Shown here: positions 1 through 12,562 of the stretch, in pieces
Layout: every line of letters starts with the position of its first letter
Numbering within the stretch: position 1 is the stretch's first letter
Source: Botryllus schlosseri
Lineage: Eukaryota
Direction: 5' to 3'
Assembly: GCA_051294905.1 (NCBI GenBank)
Contig: CM119372.1
Coordinates: forward strand, 11,408,001 to 11,472,000
Length of the DNA: 64,000 nucleotides
Translations under genes and position numbers: made by a program
The notes under the pieces: generated by a model
Seen by the model: only the letters and a program-made list of their open reading frames with translations
What the model was told of the DNA's origin: nothing
The model's database searches: none

Positions 1-648
1 ATCGCAAGTTTGTCATCACGTATGAACTCAGGTACATCAAGTATCAATCTGTTCAAAAAGCATCACGATCACGACGTATCATGTCTAGAATGCGACTCCG
101 CACCAAATAGGACCAGACATGGTGCGAACAATTGATATATGCGCAGTATTTGAAACCATACATGTACCGGAGCAAATGTCAGTGTACGGAAAAAGTCCAG
201 AATGCTTCAGACCATACATGTGCGGTGTGCACTGTACAGAATGAGGCCAGACATGATCCAGACTTAATGTCAGCGATTGTTATAATATAAATAGTTGCAA
301 TATCTTGGTATAATGACGGTGATATCTAGTGCGATATCTTAGTATATTTATATGGTCAACATGAACACACCCCAGACACAGTCTAGACATGATAATTGCT
401 TGTGATACGGAGTGATACGATACCCAAGACTGTGGAATCAGAGTCGTGGAGTGGACTTGTGTTAAACTTTCTCTTGAAGCAGTCTGAATCACAGAAAATG
501 CTGCCACTGCTGATACTATGGCTCATTGAAAATTGTAATAAAATAATCCAAAATAAGTTGCAGACCTCCCTGCATAAAATGACATTTCTCGTGTTGCTAA
601 GCCAGTAAGTTGTTAACAATTGACAAAGATATATGAGATGTCTCTTAC

Positions 649-2200
649 AGCAGCATCTGTTCGTTTTTCCCCACTGCCAGATTCCTTTTCCTTCCGAGGC
701 GGTTTCGGCTGTTGTTGTTCTTCTTCTTCTGTTCCAGTACTTACTACACACAAAATTAGACACAGGTAAACTTAATGGTAGATTTCAGATTTCCATTCCA
801 ATTCAGAAAATAACTTGAAGCCACTTGGAAATTAGTATTGGACGGTGTATCGTCTGATGAAAGGAGCCAAATTTCCAACGTAGCCTACATATACCAGAGT
901 CTTGGAATTTATTTTAAGTAATTTGCCCGAAGAGCTTCTCGGAGGTACAAAACTTCAATAGGCTATACAGTATACAATTAAAAAGCATATTCTTATTGAC
1001 ATAAACCTGAATATTTTCGGCTGACACTCGTCAGGGATAGCCTAATTGTCAGCAACGGTTGCCAGTAAATTCGGCCCTCGGTAAATTCGGCCATGACCTC
1101 GGTAAATTCGGCCCTCCGAGAATATTGTATTAAAATGTAATACATTTTAATCTACGCATACCCTGACCTCCAAATCACTCAATAAAAGTATAATTATGAT
1201 AATGATATGATAATTATGATAATTATACTTTTATCGAGTGATTTGGAGGTCAGGGTATGCGTAGATCGCGTAATCGTGGGAGATAGCGCGATATTCACGG
1301 GGCCGTATTTACCGATGGCCGAATTTACCCAGTAAATTCAGCCCTCGGAGAATTTTGTATAAAAATGTATTACCAAGTATTAATGTGAATTAATTACATA
1401 ATTATATTATTATCGAGTGATTTGCAAGTCAGGGTATGCGTACATCACACAGTCACAGGAGATAACGCGGATATTTACGGAGCCGAATTTACCAAGGGCC
1501 GAATCCAATCGGTAAATTCGGCCCTCGGAGAATTTTGTGTAAATATGTATCACCAACTATTAATGTGAATTAATTACATAATTATGTTATTATCAAGTGA
1601 TTTGGAGGTTAGGATTAGGATTAGAGTTAGGATTGGGGCTAGGGTAAAGGGTTAGGGTTAGGTAATGTTATTGTACCGTAACTGTTATTGTTACCCTGGC
1701 ATTGGCCGAATTTGCCGAGGGCCGAAGTGACCTGTGGCCGAATTTACAGAGGGCCGAATTTACTGGAAATCGTCAGCAACTAGTAAGAGAATTGGAAGGA
1801 GCATTGTATATCAACAATCGTATCACAAAATATGTTTAAACATTTTTTCTTGGTAAGATCTAGCTGCATTGTATGTACTAAAGTCCACCAATTCAAATAC
1901 TTATAGCCAAATTGGAAACAGTGGTTGTTTTCTACAATAAGTTGTACGTGACAGAAGGGCTTCTTGCATAGAATTACTTAGTATAGTTAAACGCAAATTT
2001 GAGGGTGATGTTGCCACCAATTCCGCTCTGGACTTATAGCAGATCTACTTGCATTTTTCTAATGTCTTTGCAAGTGCTTCGGTCGTGACGTATTTCGTTT
2101 TTTTCTTTTTTCCCTTTTTGCTCTTGTCTTTCTTTGCAAAGAAATCATCGAGACTATCATCCTCTGCCGCATTCGGAGGATTAGCAATTACATCATCCAT
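649..2200 (-). CDS. CDV3: CDV3 homolog, first two coding exons (2200-~2053 and ~743-649); gene probably continues leftward
   Basis: MDDVIANPPNAAEDDSLDDFFAKKDKSKKGKKKKTKYVTTEALAKTLEK matches the CDV3 N-terminal signature (xLDxFFAKxDKxKK...FVT). The next exon TGTEEEEQQQPKPPRKEKESGSGEKRTDAA ends at a GTAAGA donor. A tttcag acceptor lies just upstream of the ATG. Confidence 0.8.
1057..1771. mobile_element. Mutator/foldback-like non-autonomous element, family A copy 1
   Basis: Ends GGTTGCCAGTAAATTCGGCCCTC and GAGGGCCGAATTTACTGGAAATC; perfect 9-bp TSD GTCAGCAAC (1048-1056, 1772-1780); subterminal AATTCGGCC repeats; degenerate TTAGGG-like tract ~1607-1662. Inserted into a family B repeat. Confidence 0.75.
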
Positions 2201-2475
2201 GATGTCAAAGTTGAATAAGGAAGTTCTGAAATAGCTAGTCAAATATTGGGTTAAAATTCTACAGTGAATTCATTCACAGTCAATCACTATAACTTGGTAC
2301 TCTGCAATTTCAAAAAAATTCAGCCTCTTTGCTGTATTACTGATAGTCTGGTACAATACTGTCTCTGTCTGCACTCTGCACCACAACCTGTATGGAATCG
2401 GTTTCTTGTTCTCACACCATTCTTCATTTTTTATTAAATTACTTCAACTTGGAGAATCATCGCCGCTCCCCTGTT

Positions 2476-3387
2476 GGTTGCCGGTGAACTCGGCACTTGG
2501 TGAATTCGGCCGCACAAACTCGGCATATGGTGAATTCGGCCATTGGTGAACTCGGCCCTCGGAAAATTTTGTAATAAAGTGTATTAACAGCTATGAATAG
2601 GAATTATTAAACTAATAATAGTATTATCAAGTGATTAGTCAATCTTGTAAGGAGGTCAGGGAATCCGTAGATCACGCAGTCACAGCGTGATTAGATCACG
2701 GATTGCGTAGCCGCGGGAAATAACGCAGCGCTCATATACCCACCACACGCGGTCTGCTTGGTATTGATGATTTGATGGCGTGAGTGACGGGCGTGCGTCG
2801 TGTAAGTTTAGAGAAGATGGATCTTGGCGTTGTATGTGAGATCGGAGCTGTGGAAGATCAAGCGGCGCTTCTTCGTTCAACGATCACGACAAGCCAGTCT
2901 TCCTCATCAACAAATGTTTCGCATGTTCACGTCGAAATAAATTATTTTTTGCCTTTGAAGAGACGGATATCAATGTTCGGGAGGGGGTATTAGGGTTGGA
3001 GGGGGGTACTAGGGATGGAGATGGGTTAAAGTTGGGGTTAGGGTAGCCTATATCTTAAGAGGGGAAGAGGTATAACGGCTAACGGGGGGGGGGGGGGGGG
3101 TAATAGCCTAATAGGGTTGGATATGGGGGATATTAGGTTTGGGGTGGGAGATATCAGGATTGGAGGTGGGTTAGGGTCAAAAAAGGGGTTAGGGTATCCA
3201 AAGATTGGAGTTTGGAGAGGGTCTATTAAAGTTGGATGTGAGTGAGGATATTAGGTTTGAGGTAGGGTTAGGGTGTACGGACAACAGGGTTTAAGGATCC
3301 CAAGATTACGAGATCTACCACGGCCGAATTTACCAAGTGCCGAGTTTGTGCAGCCGAATTCACCAAGTGCCGAGTTCACTGGTAATC
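2476..3387. mobile_element. Family A element, copy 2
   Basis: ~35-bp TIRs (GGTTGCCGGTGAACTCGGCACTTGGTGAATTCGGC and its inverse ending CTGGTAATC); flanks CCCCTGTT/CCCCTGAT; G-rich core 2988-3290. Confidence 0.75.
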
Positions 3388-3924
3388 CCCCTGATATATT
3401 AGGCAAAGGCAAAACATACCGAGATTCCAGTGGGCTGAGCAGGGCACGCACCACAATATATTATAATCAGTGGCCAATAGTTATACCTATACCTGGTCTG
3501 TTTAATTTCTTTTTATAGCATTGTAAAACGCAGTTATTGATGAAACTAATTTACTAAAAGCACGTACTGTAGCCTGTACACGTATAAATGAAAACGAAAA
3601 GCCAAATTGAGAAATTCCCAATATCTAGATTTTTCGTAGTGGTGTTGTATACATAAATAGAGTAAGTAGCGAAAAATTGCGAAACGGATAAACACTGGGC
3701 AGTAATATATAAACTAAGTACTAAACAGCTTCATTCAACTACCGAAAGACTGCAAGAAACACAGCTAAACAACCAAAACCATTATGTATGGGACTCGAGC
3801 ATGTCACACACGACGACGATGGTGGCTCCTGGCTCGCTAACTAGTACCGGATATGCGATTTGTCGAAATCCGGACGTATGATATAGCAATATGGTTTACA
3901 TATAGATAATTGAACCTGAACAGT

Positions 3925-4020
3925 ATATTCATATTGAAATGAACCCGAATATTTTCGGCTGACACTCGTCAGGGGTAATCGTCAGCAACTAGTAGAGAAT
4001 TGGAAAGAACACTGTGTGAC
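3925..4020 (+). repeat. Interspersed repeat family B; other copies ~920-1056/1772-1840, 33225-33420, 49980-50370, 56930-57075, 62270-62480
   Basis: Recurrent CCGAATATTTTCGGCTGACACTCGTCAGGGGTAATCGTCAGCAACTAGTAGAGAATTGGAAAGAACA motif. Confidence 0.8.
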
Positions 4021-4224
4021 AGTAGCTTTCAAATAAGATCAACTTTATTTAATTTGAGCGCTCAGGTCGTCGGCTATGGGAATAGCAATTACGTTGCGTT
4101 CAGATTGCTGGCCAGCATTTTCCTCCGAGAAAGCAAGCGTGACGACGGGTGTTGCGTATCTATCCGTAGGTTAGTTATCTATAGTTTACATCAGGGGTGA
4201 CCCTGACCATTACCAGCGGTGGCC

Positions 4225-4360
4225 ATCAATGTGTCGGGGCCCAACGTGGGGAATTGTATTCCGCCAGATATCAGACCATCCTCGAGTAAGGCCAGTGACC
4301 ATGACCGGACCACGTTCAAGTCGAAATACAAGCACCTTCTACTATGGATAAATACAAGAG
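4225..4360 (+). pseudogene. Decayed non-LTR (CR1/L2-like) ORF2 C-terminal fragment
   Basis: Reads INVSGPNVGNCIPPDIRPSSSKAS...FKSKYKHLLL, resembling the GPxxWNxLPxxIR...FKxKxKxxLL end of LINE RT ORFs; cut by the hAT MITE at 4361. Confidence 0.55.
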
Positions 4361-5017
4361 CAGTGCATGGTTCTCAACCGGCGTGCCGGTGCTAGTGTGC
4401 CGATTGGATTGCATAGGACTGCCGCGAGAAAATGTGGTGAACAAGGTAGACGTATAGGCATATAACAAAAATTAAGGAATCCAGATACTTAGTATGGCAT
4501 AATCGGCGGTTACCCGCTCAAGACACACAAATTACGATGCAATGCAAGGAACGGATAGGAGGATGTCGAAACGACCATGCAAGCATAGTCTCTCAATCTT
4601 GCATCCCCCTCTGATTCATGTCCGTATTAAATCGTTACCATTATTTTTGGCTTCCTCGCTCTTTTCATTCCTTTTCTTGGATAGGTAATTGGTCGAATGT
4701 TTTTCTTAAAGGGATGGAGAATCCCAGCAAAACTCCCGACGCCACGGAACGTGCTACTACCTAGAATCAAATCGGGGCCTCTGGCGTCAAGGGTAGTGGT
4801 ACGCTAACTCCCCCACATAGCATTTCAGAAGGCAATTGGGCCGTGATGTTGAGGTTTGGCATTACGTTTCATTCAGTGTGCAGTGCTTGCCTCTTCTTTA
4901 CTTCGCTTAGGCCAAGGTGGGTGTCAGATCTTAAAGACTATACTCCAAGTTGTTAGAACCGCGAACTATTTTCTCTTTGAGAGGATCACACGGGGTCGAA
5001 AAGGTTGAGAACCGCTG
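4361..5017. mobile_element. hAT (Buster-type) MITE
   Basis: Ends CAGTGCATGGTTCTCAACC and GGTTGAGAACCGCTG; 8-bp flanks TACAAGAG/TACTAGAG. Confidence 0.65.
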
Positions 5018-5454
5018 TACTAGAGTGTGAGTATGCAATATGCATGACTCTTTTAACGCGTTCTACTTTTCTTATTGTAGCCCAGTGTGGGAATTTGATT
5101 GGTTGAACTGGCCAAGTCGTTTTGATTTCCTCCTATCTTTTGATCTTATCGCAATCCTGTGGTGTTTTCAAAAGATTAAAATATAATTAAAACGGAAGTG
5201 AAGTCAAATCATCGAAAAAAGGCCAGCCAGGAGGGTGTCTGATTTCGAAGACTAGGCTACTATATACAAGTCGTTTCGACACCTTCCTCAGTTCATTGTA
5301 TCGCAGTCTTGTGATGTTTTTAAAATGATGAAATAATTAACAAAGTCATTTGAGTAGCCTACAACTATAGCGTAAACCCTATTTGAGCACTCAAAGTAAG
5401 TATAATTAAGGTCTGGCTATCTCTGTTTAGCGTTAGGCCTGATGGAATGATGAC

Positions 5455-5836
5455 CAGACCGTGTTATTTTTGGCATTTCGGCATATGCAAAAATAACACT
5501 GCCTGTGTGACCTGTGTAAATGCTGGTAATGTTGTACACATAGTGAATCGACTAGTGAGAATAGATATTGCAGAAGCACTCGGTTTTGCGTCGATTAAAT
5601 TTGGTCACCAACATCGTTTTCAATTCGGATTTAAATCTTGCTGTTTGATGGCAGAGTGTGGATACTGCATGTTTTGTGACTTCCCTTTCATGAGAAAGAT
5701 CGAACTGAACCAATTTACATGGCTAATTCGAGTCTATAAATATGAATTCATGGCGATGCCAAAATTGCCAAACATAAAATCTGACAAATGCCAAAAAGAA
5801 GCTATTTTTGGCATATGCCAAAAATAACAAGGCCTG
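5455..5836. mobile_element. hAT-like MITE
   Basis: 22-bp TIR CAGACCGTGTTATTTTTGGCAT / ATGCCAAAAATAACAAGGCCTG; flanks ATGATGAC/ATGATGTC. Confidence 0.65.
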
Positions 5837-6199
5837 ATGATGTCCGCATGGCGTAAAGTACATACTAAGTGTTGAGATGACTTGAGTCATGACTTGACTC
5901 GAGTCACCTTTTTCGTATGACTTGACTTGACTAGAGTCACTTCCGTAAAATGACTTGACTTGACTTGACTCGGCGTATCAGAAATTTGGATTGACTCGTG
6001 ACTTGATCGGAGCAAAATTCACGAGTCAATTTCAAGTCATCAAGTAATCGGTGTCGATAAAAATCTGGGATTGTTCGCGAAACGCTGCTGTGACCCGTGA
6101 GAGCGACCAATCATTCAATGATCGCGCGTTTTAGTGAGCCTTCATTGTTCTGTCACTAAATCGACCTCAAACGAAGTGATCGAAGCTTACAGCTTACAT

Positions 6200-7202
6200 C
6201 AGTGGTTCCCAACCGGAGGGAATTCCCCCCTTGGGGGGAATTTTGAAATATTTAGGGGGGAATCTGACTTCAGGGATGTATCGGAAGATACACGGGGTTC
6301 ACAAGGTTTTTAGAGTATGAAACTGGTTCTTTACAATTGTATGTTTCTTTGGCGGATTTTAAGCTAGGTGAATGTTTAAATGCCCTCAGTAGATATTACA
6401 CCCTCACACCTCCAACGCATGGGTTGTCACGACAGTGGTCTCTGCGAAACATGCAGCGTACCTGAAACTGTCGAACATTTTCTACTGACGTATCCTCGAT
6501 ACGATCACCAGAGACAACATTTTAAAAAACGTAGCCGAACGTAGAAGTGTGAAATTTACCTTGGAATGTCTGTTGACTGATCCGCACATGGTTATTGCGG
6601 TCGTAGAATTTGTTGTTTTGTGTAGACATATCTGATCCAACTATGGCTCCCTCTCAGGCCTGGTGCACAAGACCCTAGTAGTCGAGCACCATAAAACCCC
6701 TTATACATACATACATACACCCTCTGATAAAGTGAGGCTCACGAGACGATTTCGTTTGGGCCCGTGACAGCCTCTCTCGACCAAATTGCTACTAAGCAGG
6801 ATACAGTCAAGCCGAATTAAGCACAGGGCCGCTGGTGAAAATGCTACCTTTTTAAGCCAACGTATGAGCGAACGTGAAGAACATACCAAATTTATCGATT
6901 CAACTCGTGGCCTTAGCAAAAGGACTGATGGTGATTTATTTTTCGTTAGCGGCTACCCGAATGGTAAAAAAACAGGCCACATTTAGCGGAACTTTACCAA
7001 AGTTTAGTGCGGTCCGCATTCGACATAATTCGGACATATCTGAATATGTTTGGCCCTAAATTGTTTAGTCAACAATTGGTTGTGTGGCAAAAAAAAACAC
7101 CTTTTTTAGTCACAGGCAACTTATTCATAGGGGGGGGGGGGGGGGGGTTAGATCAAATATCGGCCAAGGGGTCCACGAGACGAAAAAGGTGGGGAACCAC
7201 TG
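6200..7202. mobile_element. hAT (Buster-type) non-autonomous element
   Basis: TIR CAGTGGTTCCC / GGGAACCACTG; flanks GCTTACAT/GCTTACGT. Confidence 0.75.
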
Positions 7203-7567
7203 GCTTACGTTGTCGTAAACTAGTAGAAAAGTAATTTAGTGGCAAAATGTCTATTTGTTTTCTCTGTTCCTTCCTTAACCAAACCTCTTGTTTTCTTGAA
7301 ATTGAATGCAAGTATAGTATATAGTCCCGAACCATCGGCGCAGGCTCGAATTATTTCATGTCAATTGGTAAATGCGTAATGTATTGCATCTTATCAATTC
7401 GTTTCTCTATTCTCTATTCTCTATTGTGGTTGGGAACTGTAAACTGAGGATATTCAACTCTTATTCGATCATTGATTCAAAATCAATGACCACTCAATCT
7501 GTATTTCAGACAGCTAGCAAAATGCATTGACGTAATCATGCCTCATACTTCGAAAAGGCAACTTGAC

Positions 7568-7890
7568 TTCATCATCATCATCATCATTGGTTTATTAGCA
7601 ATTTTATCAGTTCAATACACCACAAAAAATGCGATACAATGAAAAGACAGGAAGATGTCGAAGCGACAAGGAGTAGTCTATGGAATCTGACACCCACCTT
7701 GGCCTAGGCGATGTAAAGAGGAGGCATGCACACTGAATGAAAGTAAAGAAGATAGTATAGAAAAAGAATGCGACAAGAAATAGGGCGGCATGTCATGGGA
7801 AGCGAGATCGGTAGGTCAGTCGTGGTCCGGTAATCTTGAGGATGGACTGTATTTATTTAGTAGTAATTGTTTGTATTTCGACTTGAATTG
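7568..7890 (-). mobile_element. 5'-truncated LINE (CR1/L2-like) 3' end, family D; related copies ~40845-41085, 42110-42450, 42780-42990, 48690-48790, 50840-51015
   Basis: Minus strand reads QFKSKYKQLLLNKYSPSSRLPDHD*, followed by a 3' UTR, AATAAA and an (ATG)n tail. A near-identical copy lies on the plus strand at 40845-41085. Confidence 0.7.
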
Positions 7891-8259
7891 TGACTTGACT
7901 CTTGACTTGACTTGACTCGACTTGAGTCGAGTCACCTCCAAAATTCGAGTGACTTGACTTCACTCGAGTCACCTTCGAATATCGATTGACTTGACTTGAC
8001 TCGAGTCAAAATCTGCAATGACTCGAAATCAATCGTGACTCGAAGGTAGTGACTTGATCCCAACACTGGCTACATAGGTTACAGAGATTAGCAATATTAG
8101 CGAGAAGGACTTCTGGATTCGACCTCGGTCGGACTAGAACCCGAGAGCCATCAGTATTGCGATGTTGCAAATGTATTACGTACCACACCGCTACCACCAC
8201 ACACATCATAGCACCATACGAATTTGATTGAGTATGTATTGTGTAGGCCTATACTGCTG

Positions 8260-8928
8260 TAGTAGGGCTCTTCAAAAATGACTTTTTTTCTCAAATCGTA
8301 CTGGCTACTTGATAAAATTGTTAGGTTACCTAATTTAAGCCTACACACAAAATTTGGTTCAATTCCAGCCAGTAACTGCTTGGCTACAGGAGAAAAAAGT
8401 TTCTATTTATTATATAAAAATAAATAATATAAAATTTGAAAATTTTCTGTTCACCCCATGAAAGTGTTAGGCTGTCTATAGAAACGATGCTCACCAAATT
8501 TGGTTCAATTCCAACCAGTGGAAGCGGGGTTCTTGCCGTCGAAAAATTTGGATTTGAATAAAATAGTATTTACGGTGACCGATTCTTTGTTTATTTATTA
8601 TAGTGGTGCTCACCGTAAATACTATTTTATTCAAATCCAAATTTTTCGACGGCAATAACTCCGCTTTCACTGGTTGGAATTGAACCAAATTTGGTGACCA
8701 TCGTTTCTATAGACAGCCTAACACTTTCATGGGGTGAACAGAAAATTTTCAAATTTTTTATTAATTATTTTTATATAATAAATAGAAACTTACTTCTACT
8801 GTAGCAAAGCGGTTACTGGCTGGAATTGAACCAAATTCTGTGTGTAGGCTTAAATTAGATAACCTAACAATTTTATCAAGTAGCCAGTATGATTTGAGAA
8901 AAAAGGTCATTTTTGAAGAGCCCTACTG
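8260..8928. repeat. Long palindromic foldback MITE (~320-bp arms, ~30-bp spacer)
   Basis: 8260-8579 is the reverse complement of 8610-8928; mirrored ORFs MCRLKLxNLTILSSSQYDLRKKVIFEEPY on both strands; right end CCCTACTG|TA suggests Tc1/mariner-type termini. Confidence 0.85.
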
Positions 8929-9302
8929 TATAGTGGTAAATAGAGGCCAAACTGAAATGCAGACATGCTCGCTATATGCAACCAAAATTGAGATTCCATT
9001 CCGGGTCACTGGAACTCGAAGGATGTTGCTTTCATGTTGCCGATGTAGTAAACCATGGTTCAGTGTAGGCTTAAACAACGCCGAGCTAGCAAATCGCATC
9101 ATAGCATAATTATTGGCGTGAAGAACGTTTTTTAGTGCTGAGGTGTCGTACTGCAATTGCTCAATGGAGGTAGCATCTACGTGCACGTCTGTACTTTTCT
9201 AGCTTGAGGCAAAAGAAATTCTCGGCAACTGAACATGAATGTTTTAAAAGTAGCTAATACGTAGTAAGTGTCCGTATAGTTGATGGTTGTTGGGTTGTCG
9301 CT

Positions 9303-11320
9303 ATGTCGCTTTCAAGAATGAGGACAATGCTAGTGTTAGCAATATTCGTACAAATCTCTTCTGGATTTTGTCCAGCAGACGTGGATGGTAAGCCACCAGC
9401 AATGTTCGACGAAGAAAACGACTTGTTCCCAAGTGGAGGTGAGATCCCAGTATTTGAAGACGGAAAGCAGCCTGATATTGTAGAAGGCGACTCTGATTTC
9501 GACGGTAACGAGGTAAGGTAATAAAATGAGAAGCACTCCGACTATTTTGGCGCGAAACATTCCTGCAAATTAATTCCCCCATCCAAGCATATTTAGCATT
9601 TAATTTTATGGCTATCAATATTACAACAGTAATAATAATGCTAAGCTTAAGAGATAAATGTCTGTTCCTTGCTCAAACACTCAACTGCTACTACCTAAAC
9701 CAGACCTTGCACGGCCCACGTGAAATTGCGTTGCGTAGACTAAAACTATAAGGCTGTATAAACTGAACCAGAAATATGCGTTCATTTTGAAGCCTGTTTC
9801 TATATGTGCTGCAATTAAGTAACGTATTCCAGATCCGAAATGAAGGCATGTTTTGATGTAGCAAAGTATATGCCGATTAAATGACACAAATCCCTGTTTT
9901 CAAACAGTTCAAACCATATTTGTTTCCATTGTTTAACATTAAGAATTATACGGTCCGTCCTTTAAGCTGTTACTTAATACGTTTACAAATCCCTAATTCG
10001 TAAAACAATTCAATCAGTCCACCTGATTAGTGGTCATCGTCACGCATAAATGATGAAAGGTCGTGTCAAAAAGAATGGCGACGAGATTGGTGGGATTTCA
10101 GGAGTATAATTTGAGTTCGCACTGTAAGGAAAACACTCTGTAAGATACAGACATTAGGCTGAGGCTGTGTTATTGCGAATTTCGTACATGCTACCGTATC
10201 TCGCAAAACAATAAGACTATTTTATTAAGCCACCGCCTGAGATGCAGCAATCAAACTAGCTTTGTAATATTCTAAATACATTTGGGTGTCGTGATGGAAA
10301 AGGGAGTATGTGGATGAATTTGAATCATGAATATTTCATGTTTACCATTGTTTTGAATAATGACACTGAATTAATATGATCAAAATTAATTCTCACGTTC
10401 TTATTGCCTTTTTATTAACTTATCCAATTAGCAGTCTGTATTTGCAACATAAGTCACTGTTTTCAATTTAGAAAAAAAAAATAATGCGCCACAGAATATA
10501 GCTTAACGTTTGGGCCGGCTCGCTAACTTATTTTCTGATTGTTATTCGGTCCCTCGGGAAAACGAGAGGGTTCATGCCCCCGAATGGGAAGCCTGTGACT
10601 GGATGACCCATTTGTGTTTCGATTAGCCTTTCACGCTCCAATGGTATTCTCTTACTATGGCTTTAAGCATTGCCTGTGCAGATTGATGCCCTCATCGGGA
10701 GTATGTAACATTTGTAATATAAATTAAAGGATGTGAACCTTTTTCACAGCATCTGCAGCAGCTTGCAGATGCAGGTAAGCGATTGAATTTTTTTAACTTC
10801 GTTGTACGATTTCTTCTGATTACGTGATGCGTGTCAATATAGTTACGTCGGATAAGATGGACGAAATATATGAATTGGAGGGGAAAAAGACATCTGCCAG
10901 TTTGTTGCTAAAGTACCTCATTCAAGAAACGAATATAGAACCTGAATATCTCACCGAGATATTTTTGGAGAAAGCAGAAGTATCGGGAGTAATCGGTTGG
11001 TAAAGATTCCTTAGTGAATTTAACTTGTATCTATTCATATAATACTTGCGTGTATTCTCGTTCACAGATCTTGAAAAAAAGATTTTCACTGAGCAAACTT
11101 CCTTGAAGTTCCTCTCTAAAATTCTCCAACATCTACAAGTGTAAGTTGATTTTTAATTTCATATACATGTTATAATATAGCGTTCATATAATTACACCTT
11201 CCCATTAGAAATCCACCTGCAAAGGAGATGGAAGACGGGAAGTTAGCAGCTGAGGACTCTCCGGAGGATATAGAGGTTAAACAACAGGATGATGGCGATC
11301 AAACTAAGGATGAACTATAG
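9303..11320 (+). CDS. ER-lumenal small protein, paralog 1 (190 aa; signal peptide, acidic linker, conserved core, C-terminal KDEL); exons 9303-9512, 10750-10774, 10843-10995, 11068-11140, 11209-11320
   Basis: All introns GT-AG with compatible phases; the spliced frame is open and ends ...QQDDGDQTKDEL*; hydrophobic N-terminus MLVLAIFVQISSG. Confidence 0.85.
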
Positions 11321-12210
11321 AACCAACTGCGCATCAGTTCAAATCAGGGATATCTAGACATATGCCCAGAAAATTGATGCATCTATAATAGTATTTAGGA
11401 TTCAGTCTTTCATTGGTCAGATGTTTGTTTATATGTTTATTCAAAGAGCTCTGTTTTCGACATCTTCCTTCTTTCGTTATATCGCAATCTTGTGGTGTTT
11501 ATAATTGATAAAAATTCTAAATAAATGATCAAACTAACCGTTTTGGATTAATCACATGGTATGTGCACATCTGCACGTAGCAATACGTACCAGCATGGCT
11601 CTGTACTTCGACAGCACCTCCCATAACGTTGGTCTCTCGTGGGCCTCATAAGATGATAAAGCAAAAATCTGGGAGGAGAAGCCCCAGACACCCATTGGGA
11701 TGTACGTTTTCACAACTACTTGTGAACACGAGTTCTTATTCTCATAGTCAGTGAGGTATTGTGCAGTTTAGTCGCGCGAAGAACGAACATTTTCTTAATT
11801 CATTGAAATCGGTCAATAATATTGGTAATTTCATATACAGTCGACTCCGCTTAATCCGGACACTGGATAACCCGAGCAACCGTTTTAGTCGGCCAAAATG
11901 CCCAGGAACGGAAAAAAAGTAAAAATTGTAATGAATTAATTAATTCGGACAATTTTCCGTTTATTTCGGACGCAGGATCGCAATTCCTATCGTTAGATTA
12001 TGGCACAATTTTTTATCCTCTCTCAGCCCACGTAATCAGATTTGCCGGTAAAGCCGAGGGAGGTGGTGTCTTTGAAAATTGAGGGCATAGTAACGCCCAT
12101 ATTGGTATCAATTACTTTGTTGCATGCTGTTATTTCGTGACCTTCCGTCTGCTATACAGACAAAAGATATTCTAATCGCCCAAAAACGTTCACAACCCCG
12201 CTCACGACTT

Positions 12211-12562
12211 TAGGGTTGCCGTACGTCCTCCTTTAGGAGGATTTGTCCTCCTTTATCAGGAAAATAAAATTGTCCTCCGATGACGCCTAAAAGCCTTCCT
12301 TTTTGGCAATTCGTCCTCCTTCACAGCTTATAGAGCTAGGCTAATGAACAGGGCCAACGGAAAATAGGCATAAATGACGCGAAATAGGTAATGCGGACGT
12401 TCCAGCCGGTCATTCGGGGGTCGAAATAAATGATGACCTTTTTTAAGTCAACACCTTAAAATATTTCAAAATCAACTGCTTTCAATTTCGGTGAACTAAC
12501 TTTTATGATTTTAAAAAACAGAAACTGTCTTCCTCTCGGAATACCAAAATATGGTAACCCTG
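12211..12562. mobile_element. hAT-like MITE, TAGGGTT-terminus family
   Basis: Ends TAGGGTTGCCGTAC and TATGGTAACCCTG; similar to 44203-44565. TSD poorly conserved. Confidence 0.55.

Larger units (their letters stand above)
5866..8068. mobile_element. Family E (GACTCGAGTC-rich) element carrying nested insertions
   Basis: TGACTTGACTCGAGTC arrays at 5875-6030 and 7870-8060, with ends AAGTGTTG.../...CAACACTG. The TSD match is weak. Confidence 0.5.

Noticed and set aside
105-260. Four loosely spaced CCA(G/T)ACATG motifs
   Set aside because: Irregular spacing and no flanking similarity; not CRISPR-like and not full p53 sites.
396-608. Plus-strand 70-aa ORF inside CDV3
   Set aside because: No recognisable motif or convincing splice context; antisense to a real gene.
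9681-9785. Minus-strand signal-peptide-like ORF (MNAYFWFSLYSLIVLVYA...) in intron 1 of paralog 1
   Set aside because: No supporting downstream exon; hydrophobic runs are common in AT-rich DNA.
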